Assembly (NCBI GenBank): GCA_040380025.1
Contig: JBEIJY010000001.1
Location: 62,245 to 126,244, forward strand
Length of the DNA: 64,000 bases
From: Bdellovibrionales bacterium
Lineage (GTDB): Bacteria; Bdellovibrionota; UBA1018; CAIMNF01
Reading direction: 5' to 3'
Positions 38,231 to 50,075 of the stretch are shown here, piece after piece. The position numbers and the translations under genes were made by a program. Under the pieces are notes generated by a model. That model saw only the letters and a list, made by a program, of their open reading frames with translations, did no database searches and was not told the DNA's origin. Within the stretch, counting starts at the first letter, position 1. Each line of letters starts with the position of its first letter.

Positions 38231-39412
38231 ATGGCTCACACGAGACCCCGCCATCTGAAACCCGTTTTCGAGAAATCCCTTCGTTGGTCCCCTTCGGTGT
38301 CATTGCTGGGAATGAGGCAGGTGGGCAAAACCACCCTGATGAAGGAATTGGTGGATCATTACCAAACCTTCGATGACGACACCCTTGTGTTCAAGGCGAA
38401 TTCCGGGAATTGGTCGTTCGTGGATGCTCCCAAAGGAACTCTTGGTCTGGATGAGTGCCAAAAAGCTCCCTCTGTGTTCGATCGGGTGAAATTGAACATC
38501 GACCAAAGGAAGCGCCCCGGGCAATATGTGCTGAGCGGCTCCGTTCGCTTCCTCTCCAAAAAACAGATTCGCGAATCCCTCTCCGGAAGAACCGACATTC
38601 TCGAACTGTTTCCGATGGGCATTTCGGAATGCCATTCGGGGGAACCGAGCCGGTTCCTGCCCATTGCGCTGAAGCTCGAGGGGCAAGCATTGCTCAATAA
38701 GATCGAGAGCAACGCCCGATACTCGCGGAAACAAGTTGAAGACGGCTTCATTTCGGGCGGATTGCCCGGGATCTGCTTCTTGAGGGATGCCGCAGTCCGA
38801 AATGCGAAATTCAGGATCCAAATCGAGACGCTTTTGAGTCGAGACATCGAAATGATCGCCCCGACCGATGTCGGATATGCAAAATTGAAGGCTCTCGCCA
38901 CCGGGGTTTTGAAGGAGTGCGGATCTCCTGTCAATCATTCCCGCCTCGCGAAGAACTCGGGCCTTTCGGCCCCTACTGTACGGAGACTCCTCGGAGCACT
39001 CGAGGGTCTGTTTTTGATTCGAAGACACGGTCGCTGTTTTTTCGGGACCGATACGGGACTCACCCATTTTCTGGTCAAGGAGTGGGAACCGGACTCCAGG
39101 CCATTCCTGTTGAGCACTGTTTTCATGGAGTTGACCCGTCAGCTTTCTTACAGATATCCCAATCTTCACGAGTTCGATGAATTCCGGAGTCGAGGAGGCA
39201 TCGATGTTCCATTCTTGATACGAGTCCAAGGCCATGCTCCGCTCGCGATTGTTCCGGACATTACGGAAGGCGCCTCGAACAAGTCGCTGATTAGCCTCAC
39301 GTGGTTCAAGAAAAAATTCAAAGACGCGAAGACCATCGTTCTTCACCGGGGAAATCGGGCATATCAAGCCTCGAGCGGTCATCTCTGTTTGCCATACGAG
39401 ATGATCTACTAG
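38231..39412 (+). CDS. AAA_14 ATPase with DUF4143 domain (COG1373-like)
   Basis: GMRQVGKTT, LDECQK, LSGS, ESLSGR, GGLPG, winged-HTH-like segment, C-terminal nuclease-like fold with an atypical motif. Confidence 0.88.
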   Translation: MAHTRPRHLKPVFEKSLRWSPSVSLLGMRQVGKTTLMKELVDHYQTFDDDTLVFKANSGNWSFVDAPKGTLGLDECQKAPSVFDRVKLNIDQRKRPGQYVLSGSVRFLSKKQIRESLSGRTDILELFPMGISECHSGEPSRFLPIALKLEGQALLNKIESNARYSRKQVEDGFISGGLPGICFLRDAAVRNAKFRIQIETLLSRDIEMIAPTDVGYAKLKALATGVLKECGSPVNHSRLAKNSGLSAPTVRRLLGALEGLFLIRRHGRCFFGTDTGLTHFLVKEWEPDSRPFLLSTVFMELTRQLSYRYPNLHEFDEFRSRGGIDVPFLIRVQGHAPLAIVPDITEGASNKSLISLTWFKKKFKDAKTIVLHRGNRAYQASSGHLCLPYEMIY

Positions 39413-39506
39413 GTCGGGACCGAGATCTAGCGAGAAAGGGTTGCCGAATTCTTCAAGACTCTGCCCATTCTTCCGGATCGTATTCGGAATGACAACGGAT
39501 CCGAGG

Positions 39507-39734
39507 GAGGCGTATGAACAATACGCCGGACTGAGCGAATCTGATGCGAGACGACGCCAAATTGGATTGGGTGAAGAAGTGGTTGGGGCGCTAGGATTCA
39601 TCTCGGCCGTCCCGGCCCCGACCCTGCGGGCGGCAGTCGCTACCGCTCCCGCCGTGCAAAAATGCCTCCGCTCCTGGCGGAGCTTCCTTGGCATTAACGC
39701 CCCAACCACTTCTCTCCTGTATCTCCCGGAATCC
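39507..39734. repeat. 228 bp direct repeat, copy 2
   Basis: Matches 37813..38040. Confidence 0.95.
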
Positions 39735-39738
39735 AGAA

Positions 39739-39811
39739 AGACCCGAGCGCTTGAAGCCGGAGAGGTCAGGATGACCGCAGGAGTCCTCCCCTACTTCAAG
39801 CGCTCGGGTCT
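39739..39811. repeat. Palindromic element with perfect 18 bp arms
   Basis: AGACCCGAGCGCTTGAAG...CTTCAAGCGCTCGGGTCT enclosing GGTCAGGATGACC. Confidence 0.85.
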
Positions 39812-39840
39812 GTTTGAAAAATGGAAATAAAGGAAAGAAG

Positions 39841-39915
39841 TGGTTGGGGCGCTAGGATTCGAACCTAGGAATGGCGGAATCAAAATCCGCTAGCTTACCA
39901 CTTGCCGACGCCCCA
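39841..39915 (-). tRNA. tRNA-Gln (TTG)
   Basis: TGGGGCG acceptor stem, GCGGA-TTTTGAT-TCCGC anticodon arm, GGTTCGAATCC T-arm, encoded CCA. Confidence 0.97.
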
Positions 39916-40018
39916 ACAGAGTTATGAAGCTTAGCGGATGAAAGAGGGATAACACAGGCACGGGGACAGCGCAAGGCAACAGTCCGCAGGATTGCGGAAT
40001 CAAAAGAAGAAAAGCGAA

Positions 40019-40336
40019 CTACTCGTGACTGGCGAGCTCCTGAAGACCGTCGTCTTCGGGCAAACCGGAATGCCCCGAACCGCGCTTGATCTCAGTAAGA
40101 TACGCCTCGAGGATTTTTTTCTCCATCGTCATCCGGGTCGCTTTGTTCAGCGGATGGGCCACGTCCTTGTATGATCCGTCCGATCGTTTTTTGCTGGGCA
40201 TGGCGACAAAAAGGCCGGTTGCGCCGTTGATGATCTTGAGATCGCGAACCACGAAACATCCGTCGAGCACGATCGTCACATAGGCCTTCAGCTTTTCTTC
40301 GCTGACAGGAAAAACTTTGACTTCAGTGATTTCCAT
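40019..40336 (-). CDS. spoVG: SpoVG family nucleic-acid-binding protein
   Basis: MEITEVKV...LKAYVTI..D.CFVVRDLKII.G..GLFVAMPSKK..DG.YKDVAHP. Confidence 0.95.
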   Translation of the reverse strand: MEITEVKVFPVSEEKLKAYVTIVLDGCFVVRDLKIINGATGLFVAMPSKKRSDGSYKDVAHPLNKATRMTMEKKILEAYLTEIKRGSGHSGLPEDDGLQELASHE

Positions 40337-41882
40337 TGCATTTCTCCCCCCGCCCAAACCTTGTAAGATTGACCTAACAACCGGCAAGACCTGTCTTCTA
40401 TTATTTTACGGAACAAGTCCGGGATATGCAAATTTACTTCTTGACGAGGAAGTTGCCTTGACCCTCTTGCCAAGGAAGGTGCATTCTGATCTCAATGAAA
40501 GAAATCGACATTTTTCTGGCGCAAATTGCAAGCTTTCTGAATCCTGCGCAAATCCTGCTCGATCCCGAATCGTGCGCCTTCCACGCCCAAGACTGGAGCA
40601 AGATCCTCAAGCCAAACACAAGCGCGGTCGTGTTCCCCGAATCAACACAGGAAGTATCCCGCATTCTCGCGCTCGCCCACTCGCTCGGGGTGCCGATCGT
40701 GCCCTCTGGGGGGCGCACGGGGCTTTCGGGCGGAGCCGTGGCGACGAACGGCGAGGTCGTGCTCTCGCTCCTGCGGATGAACAAAATCGGCGCGCTTCAC
40801 AAGGGCGCCCTCTCGCTCCAGGTCGAGGCAGGAGCGATCACCGAGTCGGTGCATCTTCACTGCGCGCCCTACGGGCTCACCTGGCCTGTCGATTTTGCAT
40901 CGAAGGGCTCGTCGACGATCGGGGGGAATCTCGCCACGAATGCGGGCGGGGTCCGGGTGATCCGCTACGGAAACGCCCGGAACTGGGTACTCGGAATGAC
41001 GGTGGTTACAATGGACGGAACGGTTCATTCCTTCAATTCGGAACTCGAAAAGAACAATACCGGGTATGATTTCAGGCAGCTTCTGGCCGGAAGCGAGGGA
41101 ACACTCGGGGTGATCACCGAAGCAACTCTCAAGCTCTGCCCTCTGCCCGGGCAAACCCTGGTGGCGATGGTTCCGCTTGCGAGTTTTTCGAAGCTTCTCG
41201 AGCTGTTCGCGTTTGTCCGAAACCGATTCCCCGCTCTAAGCGCCTTTGAGTGCCTCGATGCGGCCTCGATGAAGGCGGTGCTTGAGCACTTCTCGCTCCC
41301 CCTCCCCGTTCAAACCGGGGGGAAAGTTTATGCTCTCCTCGAGATCGAAAATACCGAATGGAATGCCGCCGAGCCGGCACTGATGGAAATCCTCGCCGAA
41401 GGAATCGCTCCCGATGCGATCCTGGCCCGCACCGAAAAAGAGGCGCGGGCCCTTTGGCGGTATCGCGAAGGTGTGGCCGAGAGCATCTTGCATGGGCATG
41501 AGGTCCACCAAGAGGACGTGTCGGTCCCGGTGTCGAGGCTTCAAGAATTTTACAGCGAAATCGAAGCCCGCTACGCGCAGATGCTTCCCGGATTCCGTGT
41601 GTTCTTTTTCGGGCACATCGGAGACGGGAACCTGCACATCTTCATCCAAAAGCCGAAAGAACTCGACTCGAAGACCTTTCGGGCCCGCGCGCATGAGGCC
41701 GATCAGGGACTCTTCGAGATTCTTCGTTCCTTGGGCGGATCGGTCTCGGCGGAACACGGCATCGGGCTCCTGAAGAAGCACGCGCTTCCGTTCTCGCGCT
41801 CGCTTGCCGAGATCGAACTCATGCGCGGAGTGAAGAAGGTCTTCGACCCGAAGGGGCTTCTGAACCCGGGCAAGATCTTCGA

Positions 41883-44480
<2,598 letters not shown>

Positions 44481-44522
44481 ACGAGTCTCCCATACGAATC
44501 AATGGCACCCGATCGGGATCTG

Positions 44523-44759
44523 TCAAGGCTTGTCGGATTTGCTGGACTGCACAAAGGCCATCCGGAGCTGAAACAGCAGGTGCTCGATCAGCTGATTTTC
44601 TTCTTCGGTCCGGTTTCCTTGTGTTTTTTCTTTCATGAGCTCCAACAGCTCGATGTTGTGCCTTGCCAGGTTCAGGTCGGTCGAGCCGGCCTCCATCGAT
44701 TGCATTCCTTGTTGGTAGACAGAAAAAAAGAAGGTGGTGAGATCCCACTTGGGCAACAT
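44523..44759 (-). CDS. DUF1844-like small protein
   Basis: LARHNIELLELMKEKTQGN..EEE.QL...LFQLRMAFV. Confidence 0.8.
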   Translation of the reverse strand: MLPKWDLTTFFFSVYQQGMQSMEAGSTDLNLARHNIELLELMKEKTQGNRTEEENQLIEHLLFQLRMAFVQSSKSDKP

Positions 44760-44762
44760 CGG

Positions 44763-45305
44763 TCAGATCCTCGCTATGGTGAGCAGTCGCTCGATTGGAA
44801 ACAGCCAGAAAGAAACAAACCAATACCGAAACGAATCCATACTTCCCTTCCAGCCCTGAAAACGCAGGCTCACGGCGAAGCGGCGGTTCTCGAGAAAGAC
44901 CTCGCGCAGGCGTGTCCGATCGAGGCCTGCGAACATGGTCGAGAGCGCCTCCTCGGTGCCGGTTTCCAAAAAGCCCCGACTGAAAAGAATGGTCACCGCC
45001 CCGGAATTCCGAACCCAGATCATCGCCTCAGGCACCGGAGACCGGTACTCGAAAAAATCCGCCTCCATCCGGGCAGGCGCGGAGGCAATCCAAATCCGCT
45101 GGATCGTGGTGGAGGCCCGGGAGTCGAGAGGAAGCGCGCGAAACCGCTCCAGAACCCTTCCGCGCGAGTCGTAAAAAAACAACACCACAAACCCGGCACC
45201 GCAGAATGCGGCGATTCCGGCCATCAGTACGGACTGAAGCGCCAACGCCACCGACAACAGGGGCAACGAGCAGGACATAAAAAGAATCAATGCAATTCGG
45301 ATCAC
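44763..45305 (-). CDS. Membrane protein resembling an HtpX N-half without HEXXH
   Basis: Two N-terminal hydrophobic segments; SPVPEAMIW...ILFSRGFLE...EEALSTMFAG. Confidence 0.55.
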   Translation of the reverse strand: MIRIALILFMSCSLPLLSVALALQSVLMAGIAAFCGAGFVVLFFYDSRGRVLERFRALPLDSRASTTIQRIWIASAPARMEADFFEYRSPVPEAMIWVRNSGAVTILFSRGFLETGTEEALSTMFAGLDRTRLREVFLENRRFAVSLRFQGWKGSMDSFRYWFVSFWLFPIERLLTIARI

Positions 45306-45340
45306 GGTTCCGCCTCTGGTCTTGCCATCTTGCTCTCTTG

Positions 45341-45820
45341 CTAAGGAAGGGTCAATTCTTCAAGATACTCGATCGACTCCCGGATGCCTCGCACCGACTT
45401 GATCCGCCAGACGTCCTGCTCCTTCACAATCGTACACAACTTTCGTTGGGTGATCCGGGTGGATTTTTCCTTCTCCCCCTCCTCGAACGAGAGCTCGTAG
45501 GTCAGAGCCACCTCGGCATCGCCGACCCGGTTGCTCTCGAGGATTTTGAGCCCAGTGAACTTCCGTTTCGACTCCAAAAACGCCTTCGCGAATTGTTCGT
45601 CGCTCCATGAATTCAGGCGGCTCTTCGAGTCGCCCGTGAGGAGCTCCTCCATCTTTTTTTTGTCTCCGACCGAGGAGGCATTGAAGCTGATCCTAATGTA
45701 TTCCCCGAGCACCTTGGCCGGCGTACTGTCCCGTGCCGGCGGGGTACACCCCCAAACCAAACTGGTGAGAAGGGCCATTGCCCCGGCCCCCGCCCGCATG
45801 ACCCCTCTCCCACCCCTCAT
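45341..45820 (-). CDS. Putative lipoprotein (NTF2-like fold possible)
   Basis: LLTSLVWGC lipobox; ends KEQDVWRI; start may be about 45799. Confidence 0.7.
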   Translation of the reverse strand: MRGGRGVMRAGAGAMALLTSLVWGCTPPARDSTPAKVLGEYIRISFNASSVGDKKKMEELLTGDSKSRLNSWSDEQFAKAFLESKRKFTGLKILESNRVGDAEVALTYELSFEEGEKEKSTRITQRKLCTIVKEQDVWRIKSVRGIRESIEYLEELTLP

Positions 45821-46506
45821 AATCCCTTTCCCCTCAGTCGTTGAACCAGTCCGGTGTACAGGCTCAGATGATAAAGGTCTTTCACCAAAAACTGAAGACC
45901 TGCGCCCGTGTTTTCGCCGCGAAAGAGCGCCATAACCCTGCCCTCGCCTTCGACCGGAACACCCTCGACCTCGACCCGCAGCCCCACCTTCGAGAGCGGC
46001 GTCAACGAAACCGGTGAATCAAAAAAAACAAAACAGCCCTCGAAATCGATCTTGCGAACCGAGGCCATGACCGTGCTCCCGCCGACCTGCAGGACCGCAC
46101 GAACCCCGGCAAGCCCGCGGGGCTTGCCGTCGTACCATTCGCAGTCCGGATTGATCCCGGCCGAGGACAATCGTTTTTCGAGCCAGAAACCGAGGGCGAT
46201 CGAGATCATCAGAAAAAACAGGGACCCGGCCATGACCGTAAAATCACGGCCCGGGATCGAGGGGATGAGCGCGGAGAGGATCACCGCCCCGATCGCGGAA
46301 TACAGCGCGAACCGCACACGGAACAGCCCTCGCCTTAGAAAGAACGGAAAGGCCCAGGCACCCAGAAGGCCCAACACCGAAACCCAGATTCGCGCCTCAC
46401 GACGAAAGAGCAGATCGTTCGGATGGAACGAAAACCACATCACGGCCGGAAGAAGGCCGAAACAAAACAAAGCCCATCTAGGGATTCCGTAGATCCTCAA
46501 TCTCAT
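45817..46506 (-). CDS. Membrane protein with C-terminal PilZ-like domain
   Basis: About 4 hydrophobic segments, then KPR...KIDFEGCF...GAGLQF. Confidence 0.65.
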   Translation of the reverse strand: MRLRIYGIPRWALFCFGLLPAVMWFSFHPNDLLFRREARIWVSVLGLLGAWAFPFFLRRGLFRVRFALYSAIGAVILSALIPSIPGRDFTVMAGSLFFLMISIALGFWLEKRLSSAGINPDCEWYDGKPRGLAGVRAVLQVGGSTVMASVRKIDFEGCFVFFDSPVSLTPLSKVGLRVEVEGVPVEGEGRVMALFRGENTGAGLQFLVKDLYHLSLYTGLVQRLRGKGL

Positions 46507-47341
46507 GCCGGATATCGTCCATGCGGATCGATTGTTTGCCAAGCTCGAATCGACCGCCAAAGGTAGGATCGGCGCGGTCCAGGCGCTGCTTCAGGTGGTC
46601 CGGGAGGACTCCCCGCGCGATCCAGGCGCGAATTTGATGCTCGGCGCGGAACCAAAGCACGGGACTGCCAAGATCAAGCCAAGGAGCACTCGAACGCACG
46701 AAGCCGACTTTCCCGGCGCGAATCGCGGGCTCGAGAACCGCGGGGACGAACTCGGCGGGCACCCCCGGAGGAAGATGCGAGAACGCATCGGGCTCGAACA
46801 CGGCGGTCCCCGTGAAGAAGGGGACTCTTGGTTTTTTTTCTCCGAACCCCGTGATGAGTCCGCTTCGGGAATCGGCGAGAATCTCGCGGTACTCCCCTTC
46901 TTGCTCCGCAAGAACCGGCCCGTCCGCGAGCACGAGGGTCATGGACACCCCGTGACGGGCGCGGAGCGCCCCGTGGGCGCGCACCAATTCAGCAAGATCA
47001 GCCAGATGCACCACATCGGCGTTCATCGAAAGAAACGGCGTTCCGCCGAGCACCTCGAGTCCTTGCCGGAGTCCGCCGGCGCTTCCGAGCAAAAGCCCGG
47101 ACTCGTCGCTTTCGAGGATCCTCGGAATTCCGCCCGGGGATTTTCGCGAAAAACCCGAAAGAAACCGTCTCATCTGATCGGGGTGCGCGTGGAGGTTCAC
47201 CGCAACGGGATCGATTCCGGCATGACGGAGCGAGAGAAGCGCGTACTCGAGACAAGGAACTCCGTACAAGGGAATCAGCGGCTTCGGAACCCGATCGGTG
47301 AACGGCCTGAGCCTCGTACCCAATCCCGCGGCAAGCACCAT
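46478..47341 (-). CDS. Nucleotidyltransferase (MurU-like)
   Basis: MVLAAGLGTRLRPFT...PKPL, NLH, LLGSAGG, WLDLG; directly after the AmgK-like gene. Confidence 0.85.
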   Translation of the reverse strand: MVLAAGLGTRLRPFTDRVPKPLIPLYGVPCLEYALLSLRHAGIDPVAVNLHAHPDQMRRFLSGFSRKSPGGIPRILESDESGLLLGSAGGLRQGLEVLGGTPFLSMNADVVHLADLAELVRAHGALRARHGVSMTLVLADGPVLAEQEGEYREILADSRSGLITGFGEKKPRVPFFTGTAVFEPDAFSHLPPGVPAEFVPAVLEPAIRAGKVGFVRSSAPWLDLGSPVLWFRAEHQIRAWIARGVLPDHLKQRLDRADPTFGGRFELGKQSIRMDDIRHEIEDLRNP

Positions 47342-47345
47342 TCCG

Positions 47346-48431
47346 CTAGAAATAGTAGTAATGATACAGAACCTCCCGAAGCTGGGAAAACTCGGGGTAT
47401 TTGAGAAGATTCCTGCGGATGTTCTCGAAGGTGTTCCCGATGAACTTCAGATAGCCCGGGTTCCCCCGACGGTTCAAGAAAGAAGCGAAGCTCCCGATCG
47501 CCTTGAAATTGCGCTGAACCGCCATCAGGTCGAAAAGCCTGAGAAAGCGCGCCTCGTCGTTCACGGGGGACCCTGCGGCCGCCATGCGATCGAGGTAATA
47601 GCGCACGAGGTGCCGGATCTGGGCCTCATCGAGTTGATAGTAACTGTCCCGGAGAAGCGAGGCGAGATCGTACTGCGGCGGTCCCATCCGCGCATCCTGG
47701 AAATCGATCATGACGTAGCGGCCCGAGGATGTGACCATGAGATTCCGGCTATGATAATCGCGATGGGTGAACACCACCGGTTCGGCGGCCAGTTCGGAGC
47801 AGATCTTGAGAAATCCAGAATCGAGGATTTCACGGTCGCGGGGACGGATCTTCCGTTCAAGATGCTTCTCGTAAAAATGCTCGAGGGTGAAATTCACCTC
47901 CCACATGAGCTTTTCGACATCGAAGCGAAGCCCGAATCCGCTGATCGATGCGCGCTCTTCCGCGGTGGCGTGCGCCGGTCCCGAGGCGGTGTGCAGTGCG
48001 ACCAGGGCATCGATCGCTTTTTCGAAGTACGCGCGTTCCTGCGCGCCATCCGACACTTCCTGGAGACTGCGAAGGAGTGTGGTGTCCCCGAGATCTTCGA
48101 GCAAAATGAACCCTTGGACGGGATCGGTATCGAGGACACGGGGAACATCGACCCCGGTCCGGGCCAGATGGCGCTGGATCGAGAGAAACGGAATCTCGCC
48201 CGTCTCGCCGGCAAACGGCTCCATGGCCATCACCACGAGCGTGCTTTCGGAATCGGATTCGGGGTCATGGGCGCGAATGCGATAATAGCGGCGGGTGCTG
48301 GCATCGCCGGGCATCTTTTCGATGGACCGGATGTTCCGGGTTCGTTCGAGAAAAGACTGCATCCCCTGCTCTTCGCTCAAGTGTGCTTCCATCGCAATTT
48401 TCACCTCGTCCAAAACGGTTCTTCCAGGCAT
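47346..48431 (-). CDS. AmgK-like anomeric MurNAc/GlcNAc kinase (APH fold)
   Basis: GDASTRRYYR, LLEDLGD, HRDYHSRNL, IDFQDA, YDLASLLRD, QRNFKAIGSF. Confidence 0.87.
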   Translation of the reverse strand: MPGRTVLDEVKIAMEAHLSEEQGMQSFLERTRNIRSIEKMPGDASTRRYYRIRAHDPESDSESTLVVMAMEPFAGETGEIPFLSIQRHLARTGVDVPRVLDTDPVQGFILLEDLGDTTLLRSLQEVSDGAQERAYFEKAIDALVALHTASGPAHATAEERASISGFGLRFDVEKLMWEVNFTLEHFYEKHLERKIRPRDREILDSGFLKICSELAAEPVVFTHRDYHSRNLMVTSSGRYVMIDFQDARMGPPQYDLASLLRDSYYQLDEAQIRHLVRYYLDRMAAAGSPVNDEARFLRLFDLMAVQRNFKAIGSFASFLNRRGNPGYLKFIGNTFENIRRNLLKYPEFSQLREVLYHYYYF

Positions 48432-48436
48432 GCCCT

Positions 48437-49189
48437 TCAGCGGATCTGATCGAGTTCACTCTTGAACTGCAGAAACTCCGCGCTCCTGACAATCGGTTTT
48501 TCAGCCGGAAGCAGCTCGCTCTTCGCACGATGCGCCTCCCTCAGCTCCGAGTTTACTTCTTTTTCGGGGGTTTCGGAACCCGCATTTCGAAAAAATGACG
48601 GGTAGCGCTTGAGGATCGACACCATTCCGCGGGAGTCGTACCCGGCGAAATGAAGAAGGCGCGTTCCGATCCGGATCGACCGGATCCGCTCTTCGGAGGT
48701 GAGAGCGAATACACTTTCGGGCCCGAAAAGCGGGACTTCCCGGGAAGCCCCGGTACCTCCTTCCGTAGCTTCAAGACGATTCGCAAGATGCCGCTCGATG
48801 ATTCCGCCCAGCTCGAAGGCGATCGCGGCGGCTAGCTCGTTCTCGAATTCGACTTTTTTCAGGAATCCGAGCGGAACCGAGACTGTGGTTCCGGGAAACG
48901 AAAAGAACCGCGCTTGGGCGGGAGCCTGCTCGACATGAACCAATACCTCGACGGTCCCGAGCGGAAACCCCTTGGATGCGGCCGAAATCCGCGCCGCGGC
49001 CTGTTCGAGGTAGCGCCGGATGTGCGGCACATTCAGCAAGCGCGCCTTCGAGCGGAACTCCCCCGTGAGTCCGCGCGCACTCTTCGTGTCGGCGGCGATC
49101 TGCTCCACCGGGGAGACGGTTTTCGGTGGCGGAGTGGAACACGAAGCCGCAAGGGCAAGAACGGCGGCGATCCTAAAACGAGAAAACAT
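48437..49189 (-). CDS. Lipoprotein with M48 peptidase-like fold lacking HEXXH
   Basis: LAASC lipobox; FSFPG, ENELAAAIAFELG (normally AHE..H), AGYDSRGM. Confidence 0.65.
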   Translation of the reverse strand: MFSRFRIAAVLALAASCSTPPPKTVSPVEQIAADTKSARGLTGEFRSKARLLNVPHIRRYLEQAAARISAASKGFPLGTVEVLVHVEQAPAQARFFSFPGTTVSVPLGFLKKVEFENELAAAIAFELGGIIERHLANRLEATEGGTGASREVPLFGPESVFALTSEERIRSIRIGTRLLHFAGYDSRGMVSILKRYPSFFRNAGSETPEKEVNSELREAHRAKSELLPAEKPIVRSAEFLQFKSELDQIR

Positions 49190-50075
49190 CCTGCACGCTC
49201 CAAAAGAACCAGACGAGGCACATCAAGAACAGCAAAAACAGCAAGACGTAGGCTTTGGCGAAGCTCCAATTGAAGGGAAAATGCCGGTACGCCGAACGGA
49301 ATTGCGATGCCCCCGCCCCCTTGGTGAGCCAGGGCACGGCTTTTTCGGCCAGAATTCCGGCTGTGGCGTCGAGACCGACCTGCCCCGAGTGCGCCGTTGC
49401 GAGTGCAGGATCGCCCCACCGCCCGTCGATTTTATGAAAAACATAATCAAAAAACCGAGAAACCGAGGGTTTCGGCGCGGGAACGCGCGCAAGGGTCTCG
49501 AATCCCGGACGGACCAGCGCGGGAGCGAGATGAAGCATCGCAGAGGTGTCGGCAATACCGCCGTGCTCGGAGGGAAGCGCGATCATCGGCGACAAAAAAA
49601 CCTCTTTTGAGTCGACGAGCGCGCTCGTGATCGAAATCAATCTCGCCCCCGAGCCCGCAAACCAAGCACGACTGGTGACAATCTTCGCCGCCTCTTCGAG
49701 CGCGGTGACTTGCTTGGGCGAAAGATGGCTGTTCACGGCGATGAAGTTCTTGTGCCCGAGTCGCTTCAGATGCTCGCACTGGTCGACGACCGCGTCGCGC
49801 ACCACATGGGGCCTGACCGGTGTGCAAAGATTCCGCGTGATTCCGTCGATGGTGAGCGGAATCAGGGGCATCAGAATGAAGTTCCAGGCGGGGAGTCGTT
49901 TTTCGAGTTCGCGGGCGATGCCCGAGGCCAGCGCCTCGGCATGGAAGAGCTTGGTGCCGAGCGGAAGATGGGGGCCGTGTTGCTCGATTCCGCCGACCGG
50001 AAAGAGAAACACTGTCAGATCGGGCCTGAGCGCGGTAAATCCGTCCGGATTCAGGTCGCGAAACGAGGCGATCAT
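49173..50075 (-). CDS. Creatininase-family amidohydrolase-like protein with C-terminal transmembrane anchor
   Basis: PVGGIEQHGPHLPLGT, VNSH, EHGG..DTS, GRWGDP; start set at ATG 50075 overlapping the yceI stop. Confidence 0.78.
   Translation of the reverse strand: MIASFRDLNPDGFTALRPDLTVFLFPVGGIEQHGPHLPLGTKLFHAEALASGIARELEKRLPAWNFILMPLIPLTIDGITRNLCTPVRPHVVRDAVVDQCEHLKRLGHKNFIAVNSHLSPKQVTALEEAAKIVTSRAWFAGSGARLISITSALVDSKEVFLSPMIALPSEHGGIADTSAMLHLAPALVRPGFETLARVPAPKPSVSRFFDYVFHKIDGRWGDPALATAHSGQVGLDATAGILAEKAVPWLTKGAGASQFRSAYRHFPFNWSFAKAYVLLFLLFLMCLVWFFWSVQDVFSF

Noticed and set aside
37813-39734. Interpretation as a CRISPR array, IS element or prophage
   Set aside because: Only two long repeats, no spacer periodicity, and no cas, transposase, integrase or phage genes.
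37719-39830. ORF-track proteins inside the repeats (37719..38072, 37873..38106, 38300..39709, 39441..39830)
   Set aside because: They are translations of the non-coding repeat or antisense shadows of the ATPase gene, with no protein motifs.
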